A stretch of DNA of 64,000 nucleotides from a virus: positions 122,367-186,366 of IMG/VR virus record IMGVR_UViG_3300029288_006769. The stretch is one strand, 5' to 3'. Of the stretch, positions 28,455-37,758 are shown piece by piece. The notes beneath the pieces were generated by a model. It did no database searches. It had not been told where the DNA came from and was given only the letters and a program-made list of their open reading frames with translations. Numbering within the stretch: the stretch's first letter is position 1; each line of letters begins with the position of its first letter. The translations under genes were made by a program, and so were the position numbers.

Positions 28455-31241
28455 TTAACGGATGATTTGCATTTTGTTTGCTGTAACAAAATCTCCCCCA
28501 ATAGAAAATTGATAGACATAAGAACCAGAAGTTAGGTTTATGTTTGAACTATAAGTTCCGGCATTGGTCGTATGATTAAATTTATATACTGTGCTTCCAT
28601 TCATTGAAAAAATTATCAGTTTGACATTGTTTTGTTTTGCAACCGAGTATTTGACCATTCCATTAGAAATAGAAAAAGAATTAGTTAATTTTTGAGTTGC
28701 TGTTATTATAGATGTCGGAATTTCCGCAAGGACGATAACATGATAAACAACCTGGGATTTGCCATCAGAAATTATGAAAGTCAACGTGTCCGAAATTGCT
28801 TTTTTCAAAGACACCTTATAAGTTGAATCTTCGATTTCTACGACAAGGCTAGACACATTGAAGGTGGAGGTATCAATGGAATATATTAACTCATCTCCAT
28901 CAGGGTCTATGACCTTCGCGTTAATTGCTATAGGCGTGTTCAACTTTTTAAAAGTTATTGTAGTGTCATTTGGCACAACAGGTATTCTATTCTTATCTGA
29001 GACCGTTAGAGTAACAGTCCTTTCTACAGCAAGTTCGCCATCAGAAACAACAACCTTAAAAGTCTGTGTCCCAGCTGACGTATAATTGGTAGTAATTTTA
29101 TAAGTATTTGCCTGTGCCAGTAATGTAGTTCCGGAATACCATTTTACTATAGGTGTTGTTCCTTCAGGGTCGCTTGCTGTAACTGAAAGAGTTATGCTAT
29201 CGGTTTCATTTATAGACGTGTCATTGGTAATTGCAACAATTACTGGTGCTCCGTTTATATGTTTGACTATTAGATTATAAGTTTGCTTTGTAAAAGCGCC
29301 ATACGTATCTGTTGCAGTTATTGAAATAACAAGATTACTCCCAGTATCCTGCAACGTGGGCAGCCAAGAGATTAACCCGGAAGATGTCATTGTCATTGTT
29401 GCAGGATGAACAATTAATGTATAGGTAATAGGTTGATCGTCAACAGCTTGAACTTGATAACTATATTGTTGTCCTTCATTTACTGTAGTAATAGGAGTTG
29501 ACGTAAATACTGGAGGGACATTGGTTGTTGAAACTGCAATGTTGTAAGTCAGCGTGTCAAATGTTGGTGTTACATTCTGTTTTTGAATTACATCATAGTG
29601 ATTCGAACTGTCGGTCAAGATTATTTTGACTGTCGTGTCAACTGATGTATGAAGTGGTTCGCCTGAGATTGCAAATTGGTTTTTTGATATTCTTGTCATT
29701 GACAACCAAGAAGGAAGTTTCGAATACGAAAGATATGATGAATCATCATCAGGATCTGAAGTTATAATTGCCTGTGTATATTGTGTTCCTTCGGAGGCTG
29801 TAGTAAGTACCGATTTTGACATTGAAATATTTCTTGAATAGATTTTCAAATTCCAGGTTATTGTATCATAAATAGGAATAGAGAAATTATCTCTTACCTG
29901 AAACTTGATTGTGTATGTTCCTGTCGATAAACTTGTGTCTATTGAAAAAATCGTATCGACGAGATTTATTCCTATCGGATTTTGAATTATGGAATAGGTT
30001 AGTTGCGAATTTGAAGAATGATCAAAAGCATGCAACGTATCGACGTAATTTATTTGTTTTGCTTCATTAAGCAACCCAAGAGAATCTGTAAAATGAGTGT
30101 TGTAGAAAAACGGAGCATAGTTTAAATCGTATTTTACTAAACCATTTGTCCCTGCATCTGCAACCTGATATGTAATTTGTTGTGTTGCATAATCTACTAT
30201 CAAGTCTCTTATTGTGCCCGATATAGATCTTGGGAGATAACAAAGAAAATCGCCTTTTGTAGAAAGGATTTTTGTATTGTCGGTTATGAACCCGGATTGA
30301 AAGGATGTTGTCAGAGACGCTATTGGGCAATAGTCAACATCGACACCCGTACTTGAAATTTTACGTGAATCGTAGAAAAATGTCGTGTCGACTGGATTGA
30401 CCGCAAAAATCTTATGTACGTAACCTGAAGTTTTTACAGTAATACGTATTCCATTATAATATGAAAGTTGTCCTGAAGGATTTGTCAACCAGATACCATT
30501 GTTATCAACAAAATATCCAAGTACGTTTGGAATGATTGTGGTAGTATTGCAATTATCCGTTAATTCATAAAGTGTATCATTTGAAACAAAACGGATTGTA
30601 TTGTCTTTGCAAGTAAGAGTAAGCAACGTAGCATCGGATGATGTCGTTATCGTCGAATTCAATCTCCAGATTCCAAGATGATTTTTATAGATTTTTATTG
30701 TTCTCGATTTGGGTATTGCAATTGCAGTATAAATAGAATCAAGTTTGAAAATTTGAATATATGTATTGATTGTATCTCTCCGCGAGTCGGCAGCTCCGAC
30801 CATAAACAAACCATCAGAAGCAGACCCTCGTATATCAGGATGTGCTTTCCATTCTGTGTTGAGATATCTTTTAACTGAATCAATGTCAACTTGAAAATTC
30901 GGATCGCCTGCCTTTGCTATACCGAAAAAAGGGCTTTGTTGGTAGACACCAATTCCTAAAGTGTCGATTGTGTCGGCAGGTGTACTAACTGTTATTCTAC
31001 CTTTCTTTGCATAAAGACCCCAGTATGTGTCATCGATTTCAGCAGCCAAATACCAACTCTTACTCAGATTTGAAAACTCTGTTATGGGAGAAGACGTGTA
31101 AGTTGCATTCTGTTGTTTCGGCATTGCCGCCATAACTTCCAGCATTAAAACAACGATCATGATGATAGATTTGTGAAGCATATAGAACCTCCTGCTTTGG
31201 GTGTAGTGTTTATATCGTGAGATATATTTTAACACAGCCAA
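28455..31241 (-). CDS. large secreted Ig-like/repeat protein with T9SS-type C-terminal sorting domain
   Basis: N-terminal signal-like hydrophobic segment. Repeated T/S-rich beta-strand modules. C-terminus KLIIFSMNGSTVYKF...LTSGSYVYQFSIGGDFVTANKMQIIR resembles the Por_Secre_tail domain. Confidence 0.5.
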   Translation of the reverse strand: MAVLKYISRYKHYTQSRRFYMLHKSIIMIVVLMLEVMAAMPKQQNATYTSSPITEFSNLSKSWYLAAEIDDTYWGLYAKKGRITVSTPADTIDTLGIGVYQQSPFFGIAKAGDPNFQVDIDSVKRYLNTEWKAHPDIRGSASDGLFMVGAADSRRDTINTYIQIFKLDSIYTAIAIPKSRTIKIYKNHLGIWRLNSTITTSSDATLLTLTCKDNTIRFVSNDTLYELTDNCNTTTIIPNVLGYFVDNNGIWLTNPSGQLSYYNGIRITVKTSGYVHKIFAVNPVDTTFFYDSRKISSTGVDVDYCPIASLTTSFQSGFITDNTKILSTKGDFLCYLPRSISGTIRDLIVDYATQQITYQVADAGTNGLVKYDLNYAPFFYNTHFTDSLGLLNEAKQINYVDTLHAFDHSSNSQLTYSIIQNPIGINLVDTIFSIDTSLSTGTYTIKFQVRDNFSIPIYDTITWNLKIYSRNISMSKSVLTTASEGTQYTQAIITSDPDDDSSYLSYSKLPSWLSMTRISKNQFAISGEPLHTSVDTTVKIILTDSSNHYDVIQKQNVTPTFDTLTYNIAVSTTNVPPVFTSTPITTVNEGQQYSYQVQAVDDQPITYTLIVHPATMTMTSSGLISWLPTLQDTGSNLVISITATDTYGAFTKQTYNLIVKHINGAPVIVAITNDTSINETDSITLSVTASDPEGTTPIVKWYSGTTLLAQANTYKITTNYTSAGTQTFKVVVSDGELAVERTVTLTVSDKNRIPVVPNDTTITFKKLNTPIAINAKVIDPDGDELIYSIDTSTFNVSSLVVEIEDSTYKVSLKKAISDTLTFIISDGKSQVVYHVIVLAEIPTSIITATQKLTNSFSISNGMVKYSVAKQNNVKLIIFSMNGSTVYKFNHTTNAGTYSSNINLTSGSYVYQFSIGGDFVTANKMQIIR

Positions 31242-31285
31242 TGAGGGCCTATATTAAGGATATAACAAATCGGGTGGGTTTTAAA

Positions 31286-31936
31286 CTACAAAATTATCTT
31301 TTTTTCATGGCCGACATGTAATTGAGGATCTACGAAGATTTGATAGCCTTTTTCTTTAATCAAACGACAAAAAGAAACATCTTCTGAACAAAAATCTTTT
31401 ATTCCGTTAAAATCATAAAATAAAGGACGAAACCATGGATATGATAAAGATTCAAATACACCTTTTTTAATAAGCATAAAACCCATACCAGTATATGCTA
31501 CATCAAGTAACCCTTTGTCTTTTATATCATTATGGGTTAAGAAATCAAAACACCCTTGTTTTTTAAATTTTTCTTCATCCCATTCTTTAACCGTGGCAAA
31601 ATGCATTTGATCCGACATAAGATATATGCCAGAAATAATATTTTTGTCGTAATCAAGTAGTTTTTGAAATTGAGCAGGTTTAAAAATTATGTCGTTGTCT
31701 ATCCACATCAAATGTGTATAATCAATTTTCCCATCAAAAGGTTTTTGGTTTTCTCCCCGCAGAACATCACCACCCAAGCACATATTTCTAGCATAATAAA
31801 CTACTGGAGATTCGCCTCGGGTAAAAACAAATCTTATTTTTTGCCTGACGCAATACACTACTAGTTCTAAGAAACAATCAAAAAATCTACCAGAAAACGA
31901 GGTCCCAGTCAAACAGAAGACGATTTTACTTTCCAT
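31286..31936 (-). CDS. glycosyltransferase (GT2-like) candidate
   Basis: C-terminal EDVSFCRLIKEKGYQIFVDPQLHVGH resembles the GT2 ED.dfc.R...G motif. Confidence 0.4.
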   Translation of the reverse strand: MESKIVFCLTGTSFSGRFFDCFLELVVYCVRQKIRFVFTRGESPVVYYARNMCLGGDVLRGENQKPFDGKIDYTHLMWIDNDIIFKPAQFQKLLDYDKNIISGIYLMSDQMHFATVKEWDEEKFKKQGCFDFLTHNDIKDKGLLDVAYTGMGFMLIKKGVFESLSYPWFRPLFYDFNGIKDFCSEDVSFCRLIKEKGYQIFVDPQLHVGHEKKIIL

Positions 31937-32801
31937 GACCTATTTCGTCTCTAAAAAATTCACATTGGGCATAGACGTTTTGTGAATCTTTTTTGCAGGT
32001 CTTGCATGTGGTATCTTTTTCTTCTAATCTTCCGAATGTTTCGCATGTCCTTGCCGATTCAATTAACTGTTTAATTTCATCAGCAAGCCAGATCCCTTTG
32101 CTTAATCTTTCAACTTTATCTACATTTTTAATTGTTTCACAAATATTTTCAAGTTGAAATTGATAATGTTTTATTTCTTCTTTTAGTTCTTCAATAACCA
32201 TTGATTCCGAGTCAAGTTTCTCAGTTTCATCGAGCATTGTTTTTATGCTCATCTTTCTGTCAGGTATATCGCCTTCAACTTCTCTCTTCAATTCTCTATA
32301 TTTTAAAATACATGATTTTCGTGTTTTTTCTTTTAAAAGTTGTGGGTATTCTTCAACAGCTTGGAGCCCTTCTAATAAACTCCAAATTTTCTGTTTGCTT
32401 ACTTTTTGTTGTTTTTCAAGAAATTCAAAATCAACTTCATGCCCTAAAGATTGCAAACGTTTAAGCGCTTTCAATTCTTCTTGCCAAGTAAGTTGTTTTC
32501 GTCCAAGATTCTCATTGAACATCAATTGAGTTCTTTGCAGATCAGTTAAATTGTCATAAATAATGACAAGAGCATTAGGGATACCTGTTGATTTTAATCC
32601 TAAAAGACGTCTTTCACCTGAAACTAGATCGTATCGATCGCCTTTTCTACAAACAATGATTGGTTGAATGTTGCCATTTGTAGACTTTAAACTTTCTTCA
32701 AGATCTCGAGTTTCTTCAGTTCCGAATTCTTCTCTTATATTAAATGCTGGTATAATATCGATTGAATCAACAGGGATTTCGTCTAGTGTCATGTTTTTCA
32801 T
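31926..32801 (-). CDS. ParB-like nuclease domain protein
   Basis: IQPIIVCRKGDRYDLVSGERRLLG ParB N-terminal domain signature. Confidence 0.5.
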   Translation of the reverse strand: MKNMTLDEIPVDSIDIIPAFNIREEFGTEETRDLEESLKSTNGNIQPIIVCRKGDRYDLVSGERRLLGLKSTGIPNALVIIYDNLTDLQRTQLMFNENLGRKQLTWQEELKALKRLQSLGHEVDFEFLEKQQKVSKQKIWSLLEGLQAVEEYPQLLKEKTRKSCILKYRELKREVEGDIPDRKMSIKTMLDETEKLDSESMVIEELKEEIKHYQFQLENICETIKNVDKVERLSKGIWLADEIKQLIESARTCETFGRLEEKDTTCKTCKKDSQNVYAQCEFFRDEIGHGK

Positions 32802-33103
32802 AATTGCTCTTCTGTATAATAGATAATGTAATTTTCATCGCAAAGAGAACACTTAAAGCTTTTATCAGGTATTTCAGAGCTATTTTTAAATGCTATATAA
32901 TTGCCACAGGGGCAAGAAAGAGCTAAATAAACTGGGCCCAGAATCTCATTGGATTCTGAGCTCAGTAAGAAATCACCTTTTACTATCTCAATGCTTTTAT
33001 GTCCTGTTTGATTCTTCATATGAATCAAACCATCTATGAAACCAATAAGATAATCTCTATTTTTTGCTTTTATAATCGCTGTTATTTCATTGCTCTGCAC
33101 CAT
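32798..33103 (-). CDS. hypothetical protein (CxxC pairs)
   Basis: ORF. Confidence 0.25.
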   Translation of the reverse strand: MVQSNEITAIIKAKNRDYLIGFIDGLIHMKNQTGHKSIEIVKGDFLLSSESNEILGPVYLALSCPCGNYIAFKNSSEIPDKSFKCSLCDENYIIYYTEEQL

Positions 33104-33518
33104 GTTCTTCTTTCGTTTCTACATGCTCAAGTTGTTCTTCATGTTCTTCATCTATTACAACCTTTTTAGGCGTTAAAATTTGAATTCTATCAGCAAGAAT
33201 TTCTACAACAGACATCTCACTACCGCTTATTTGTCTTGTTTGTAAAGATCCTTCGATATAGACTTTATCACCTTTTTCAAGGTTTTGTTCGCAGAGTTCG
33301 GCAAGTTGGAGCCAAGCTGTAACACTTACATAACATGAATCTTCTTTCAATTCACCAGCTTTTGTTCTAAATTTTCTTGAACATGCAATTCTAAAATTAG
33401 CGACTTTCTTTTTATTTCCGTGCGTGAGATTCACCCTTGGTTCGCAAACAACATTCCCTGCAATCATGACTTTATTGATCATAGGAGCACTGAAATAATT
33501 AGCCATTATAAACTCCAA
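33087..33518 (-). CDS. ssb: single-stranded DNA-binding protein (OB fold)
   Basis: INKVMIAGNVVCEPRV...VANFRIACSRKF...KVYIEGSLQTR typical SSB pattern. Confidence 0.7.
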   Translation of the reverse strand: MEFIMANYFSAPMINKVMIAGNVVCEPRVNLTHGNKKKVANFRIACSRKFRTKAGELKEDSCYVSVTAWLQLAELCEQNLEKGDKVYIEGSLQTRQISGSEMSVVEILADRIQILTPKKVVIDEEHEEQLEHVETKEEHGAEQ

Positions 33519-33519
33519 G

Positions 33520-33759
33520 TTATTCAGCAGCTTTTGGTTCTTTTTCTGTTTTTGAAATTGTCGGGATAATTTCTTGAATATCTTTTCTGATAAAACGAGT
33601 CAGTTTTGCTATTGAAAGCAAAGCTTTCCTAGCTCTATGGCCAGACACCTTTTTCTGTTTCTCAGTCAAAAGACTGTATTCAAGCTTAAATTCAGCAAAA
33701 AGTTTGTCAAAATCAGAAATTCTTTCTGCTGGTGTTGCCGGTACCTTGTAACTTGCCAT
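33520..33759 (-). CDS. small basic protein (possible DNA-binding)
   Basis: 79 aa, Lys/Arg-rich. Confidence 0.2.
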   Translation of the reverse strand: MASYKVPATPAERISDFDKLFAEFKLEYSLLTEKQKKVSGHRARKALLSIAKLTRFIRKDIQEIIPTISKTEKEPKAAE

Positions 33760-34519
33760 AGTTCCTCCTAAAAGATAAAAGTGTTTTCAAGCCAATTTCT
33801 AAATTGACAAGTGGCTCCCATTTATAAAATTTGAAATTATCACAATTGAAAGCAATCTCAAGTTTTTTTCTTCTCCATTGAATATTGATATTATTAAATT
33901 GTCTTGTCTTTTTTATTAGTTCTACTAATTTTCTTAATTCAATTGACTGTCCACTCGCAATATCAAATACACCAGAAACTTCTTTTCTCAATGCAATTTC
34001 GATTGCGCTTATTACATCGCCATCATAAATAAAATCTCGAATAGAATTTTCAAATTCTCCAGAATTGACAAACAACAATTGCTCTATAAGACTCCCTGGC
34101 ATAGACAAACCATAAACTTCAGAAACTCTAAAAATCACATATTGTTTTCTAGAATCTATGATTTTTTTCTCAATTGCAAGATATTTTTCGCATATTTCGT
34201 TCTTGGGGATAACTTTAGAATAAACACTAAATGGAAGAGCATTTTTGCTATTCAAATAAAGATCTAATGCGTTTTCTATCAAAATGATTTTTCTTGTCCT
34301 GCTTTCTAAAACATCGTTAATTATTGTTTCTGTTTGTTCATCAAATTCATAAAGATCGACTATGACAATTGTAGGGTCATGTTTTGTAGGCAGAACAGAA
34401 CCATATTCAGAATCAAGTGAGTCTTCTACAAGACATGAATTTATATGCCTTGTCAGATAGCTGTTCTTGTTAGATGCAATAAAAATCTTATTTTCACTTG
34501 GTAGCATTTTTTTGCTCAA
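33713..34519 (-). CDS. hypothetical protein
   Basis: ORF. Confidence 0.3.
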   Translation of the reverse strand: MSKKMLPSENKIFIASNKNSYLTRHINSCLVEDSLDSEYGSVLPTKHDPTIVIVDLYEFDEQTETIINDVLESRTRKIILIENALDLYLNSKNALPFSVYSKVIPKNEICEKYLAIEKKIIDSRKQYVIFRVSEVYGLSMPGSLIEQLLFVNSGEFENSIRDFIYDGDVISAIEIALRKEVSGVFDIASGQSIELRKLVELIKKTRQFNNINIQWRRKKLEIAFNCDNFKFYKWEPLVNLEIGLKTLLSFRRNYGKLQGTGNTSRKNF

Positions 34520-34775
34520 AATATTCTAATATTGCTTTGCACACATTTATCACTTTATCTTTATCATAACCCAATATATAATCAATCAATTTCATGCCAT
34601 TGTGAATAGCAAGAATTTCTAGAAATACGTAATCTGTTTTTGGATCAAAACGAAAATTGATTGCATTTCTTGTATGCAAATCGTTAGACTCAAAAGTCGA
34701 CAACAAAGAAATGATCAAATCTAACTTTGAAGGATCTAATTCAGGGATTTCTCCCTTAGGCGATTTGAAAATCAT
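34494..34775 (-). CDS. hypothetical protein
   Basis: ORF. Confidence 0.25.
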   Translation of the reverse strand: MIFKSPKGEIPELDPSKLDLIISLLSTFESNDLHTRNAINFRFDPKTDYVFLEILAIHNGMKLIDYILGYDKDKVINVCKAILEYFEQKNATK

Positions 34776-35668
34776 TCTTTCACCCTCACATCTTTCAAAT
34801 CTTTTACCTTAGCCTCAAAAGACTTATTGATTTCTTCTTCAATCCCGACCAGTTCTCTTTGAAACTCTTTATAGAATTGTGCTTTTTCATGTTGATCTAC
34901 AGATAACGAAGTATCGACAGAAGATTTAATCCTCTTGATCAAGCATTCGATAACCGTTCTTAAATAAAGTCGTTCTGCTTCTTTATACAAAGCAGGATTG
35001 ATTGATTCAGCTTTTAAACCAAGAAAATCTGCTGTTTTAGGATCAAGGAATTGAAGTTGTCTATCAAGGTACTCAGCTTGCTTGCTTTGAAGCATAGCTT
35101 TTGACCACATTTTTAATTTTGATATGACATTCATTTGGAGGTTGTTCATGATAGTCTCTTGTTTCATGATCAAATTTTCCAAGTTAAATGTCCTACCCTC
35201 TTTTATCCTGTCATTTTTTATCGTGTCTAATTCTTGGAGACGCTTGATCTGTTCTTTCATAGAGAGTTCTAATAGTTCTAAGTCATTGACTCTTCTACTA
35301 GCAAGAACAGAAAACACGTCTTTCATTTCTTTTTGTTCAACGGCAGGGAGATTACCAAATCCCATTTTCCTGTTGAATTCAGCAATTGCTGCACCTGTAC
35401 ACTCGAAATGTTTCGAAAAATGCTCTGAAACTGTTGCAAGTTCTAAATTTTTACCTGTAGCGAGTAGAACTTCTTCTGAAAATTCTTCAACAATAGATTT
35501 GTATGTTGAACCTGCAAGATAAGCTCTATTTATTCTGATAGCAATGGAAGGTAGATTACAACAGGGACAATGAGGATCTGGTTGAATATATTTCGAGACA
35601 ATAGAATCTTTATCTTCTTCAATCAACGTATCAATCGGACGTATTTCAAGTTGTCTTTCATCTGGCAT
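34772..35668 (-). CDS. hypothetical protein (coiled-coil)
   Basis: ORF. Confidence 0.3.
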   Translation of the reverse strand: MPDERQLEIRPIDTLIEEDKDSIVSKYIQPDPHCPCCNLPSIAIRINRAYLAGSTYKSIVEEFSEEVLLATGKNLELATVSEHFSKHFECTGAAIAEFNRKMGFGNLPAVEQKEMKDVFSVLASRRVNDLELLELSMKEQIKRLQELDTIKNDRIKEGRTFNLENLIMKQETIMNNLQMNVISKLKMWSKAMLQSKQAEYLDRQLQFLDPKTADFLGLKAESINPALYKEAERLYLRTVIECLIKRIKSSVDTSLSVDQHEKAQFYKEFQRELVGIEEEINKSFEAKVKDLKDVRVKE

Positions 35669-35671
35669 TTT

Positions 35672-35890
35672 CTATCCCTTAGCTTCTAGAGCTTCTATAA
35701 ACCGACTGATTTCATTTAATTCTCTAGCATTAATTTGTACATATCTTATAGGAGAAAATAAAGTAGATCCACCTAAACGCTGAATAACTCCTATACATTT
35801 GCTTCTCTTATAGACATCATGCAACCAATAAGTGCGTGCTTTTTTCTTGAATGTTAAAGTTTTTGTTTTATGTACAATTACTTCATTCAT
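35672..35890 (-). CDS. hypothetical protein
   Basis: ORF. Confidence 0.2.
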   Translation of the reverse strand: MNEVIVHKTKTLTFKKKARTYWLHDVYKRSKCIGVIQRLGGSTLFSPIRYVQINARELNEISRFIEALEAKG

Positions 35891-36768
35891 AAATTTTTAA
35901 ACCATGTACGGCTAAATGATGTGTTGTCTTTTTCCGACCAACCGTTTGTATATTTAAGCAAGTCAAGATGATTCAATGTTGAACTTATTTCATCAGCTCT
36001 ATGAAGAATATAGGATTCTTTTGTCTTGCAAACTATAGGACTACCACAGTTTAATTCTCCATGGTGACTAAGAATAAGGTGATAAAGAAGCATGATTTTT
36101 GTCTGATCTACATCATTGGGTGCAATTTTTGATACAAACAAAGCTGAAATAGAAAGATGTCCCAACAATGCTTCCCAATTTGTTTTTGAAATTTTACCTT
36201 CATCATCAAGATCATAAGCTTTTAATTTTCCAATATCATGCAACAATCCTGCTGTTATCAACAATTCTCTATCGACGTCGCTAAAATATTGTCCAATCAA
36301 TAAACTTATATCGACAACTTCAATGCTATGCTGGACTAAACCATGTATGTAATTGTGATGATTGCCTTGAGCGGCTGGGTATTCAAAATATAACTCTTTG
36401 ACATCTTCATTAAAACAATTATCAAGTACTTTTTTATAATCTACATCTGTGACACTTGCAATAAGCTCGTAAAATCTGTCTATATACTTTTGAACATCAA
36501 ATTTTTTATCTATCTGTGTATCTAGCATATGTTTTGACAAATAAATAATATCAAGACAAAAATATTTCCTTCTTTTTCTAACACGTCCCTTACAAATAAT
36601 TTTTTCACCAACACTATACGTTTTAGAAAACAGATCTATATTGTCTTTCAAAAGCCCAATTATTTTAGTTGTTCCATCATTAAGCTCTATCTCGACAACA
36701 TGATCTCTAAACGTAATTCTTTCAATTGTGAAAGAACCTGTAATTATTTTGCCCGATTCAAATTCCAT
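35887..36768 (-). CDS. HD-domain phosphohydrolase with N-terminal OB-like region (YhaM-like)
   Basis: HSIEVV...LLITAGLLHDIGK HD motif. Confidence 0.65.
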   Translation of the reverse strand: MEFESGKIITGSFTIERITFRDHVVEIELNDGTTKIIGLLKDNIDLFSKTYSVGEKIICKGRVRKRRKYFCLDIIYLSKHMLDTQIDKKFDVQKYIDRFYELIASVTDVDYKKVLDNCFNEDVKELYFEYPAAQGNHHNYIHGLVQHSIEVVDISLLIGQYFSDVDRELLITAGLLHDIGKLKAYDLDDEGKISKTNWEALLGHLSISALFVSKIAPNDVDQTKIMLLYHLILSHHGELNCGSPIVCKTKESYILHRADEISSTLNHLDLLKYTNGWSEKDNTSFSRTWFKNL

Positions 36769-36800
36769 AATATTCTAACTCTTGATATGTGAAAAGTAAA

Positions 36801-37373
36801 CTAGTTTTTAAGTTGCTTCAAAGCTTCAAGCCTTGCTAATGATTTATCGATCACTTTTTCGTTCACTAACCAACGTCTTCTCATTCTTGAAAGAGCAGCC
36901 TGACTTGCAGCATTAGCAGCAGGAAGATTATTTTTTTCAACCATTTTGAAAACTTTTTTCAATCTTTCATACCCGTCTTTACGAAGATCCTCACGTTTTC
37001 TACTCATAACTTCAAGAACGCTAAGTAACTCCGTCTTGAAATTAGCAGCTTTCTCGATAGTAAGTTCCTCGACAGTCATTCTTGACATTGAAACAACTGT
37101 CTCATGAAATACACTCATCAACTTGCCAATTTCTTCATTTTCCTTTTGCTCGTCCTTTTGTTGATCAATAATATGTTGTTGCTGACGTATACCTGCATCA
37201 AGATCGGGTACGTGAGCCATATTATCGCCAAAAAAACAAACATCTAACGAACCATCATCATTTACTTGAATTCCACGACGTTTGCAAGCTTCAACTACCC
37301 ATTCATTGTAAGCCATTTTGAACCTCATGTTGTCTTGATTTTGTATAGCAATTTTGACATAGACCTTTTGCAA
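36801..37373 (-). CDS. hypothetical protein
   Basis: ORF. Confidence 0.3.
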   Translation of the reverse strand: MQKVYVKIAIQNQDNMRFKMAYNEWVVEACKRRGIQVNDDGSLDVCFFGDNMAHVPDLDAGIRQQQHIIDQQKDEQKENEEIGKLMSVFHETVVSMSRMTVEELTIEKAANFKTELLSVLEVMSRKREDLRKDGYERLKKVFKMVEKNNLPAANAASQAALSRMRRRWLVNEKVIDKSLARLEALKQLKN

Positions 37374-37557
37374 ATACCGGTTTGCTACAACCTAAATTTT
37401 TACAAAATTTATCTATGTATAGCTCCTTTTTTTCTACCACTTTGCCATGAAACTTGATCTGTTGATAATGCTTAGAACAATATCCTTTGCAAAAAGCATT
37501 GTTCTTACATCCAGTTATTGAACAAGTTTTCCCTTTATTCCTAATCACATTCTTCAA
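37303..37557 (-). CDS. Cys-rich zinc-finger protein
   Basis: CSITGCKNNAFCKGYCSKH...CQNCY. Confidence 0.25.
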   Translation of the reverse strand: MKNVIRNKGKTCSITGCKNNAFCKGYCSKHYQQIKFHGKVVEKKELYIDKFCKNLGCSKPVFAKGLCQNCYTKSRQHEVQNGLQ

Positions 37558-37758
37558 GATATATTATGATTGAGTCACAATAAATATTTACTATTTTTGT
37601 CATTATCATTTTAAATTCAACTTCACGAACAACATACCTAACAGTCCTTGCTATCTTATTATTCAAAAGTTCTATTTTTGTTCCCTTAGAAGGTATAGGA
37701 CAGTCACTAGACGTTGACGAAACCTGTTCGTCTAATCCTGGGATATCAAAAAGTACAT

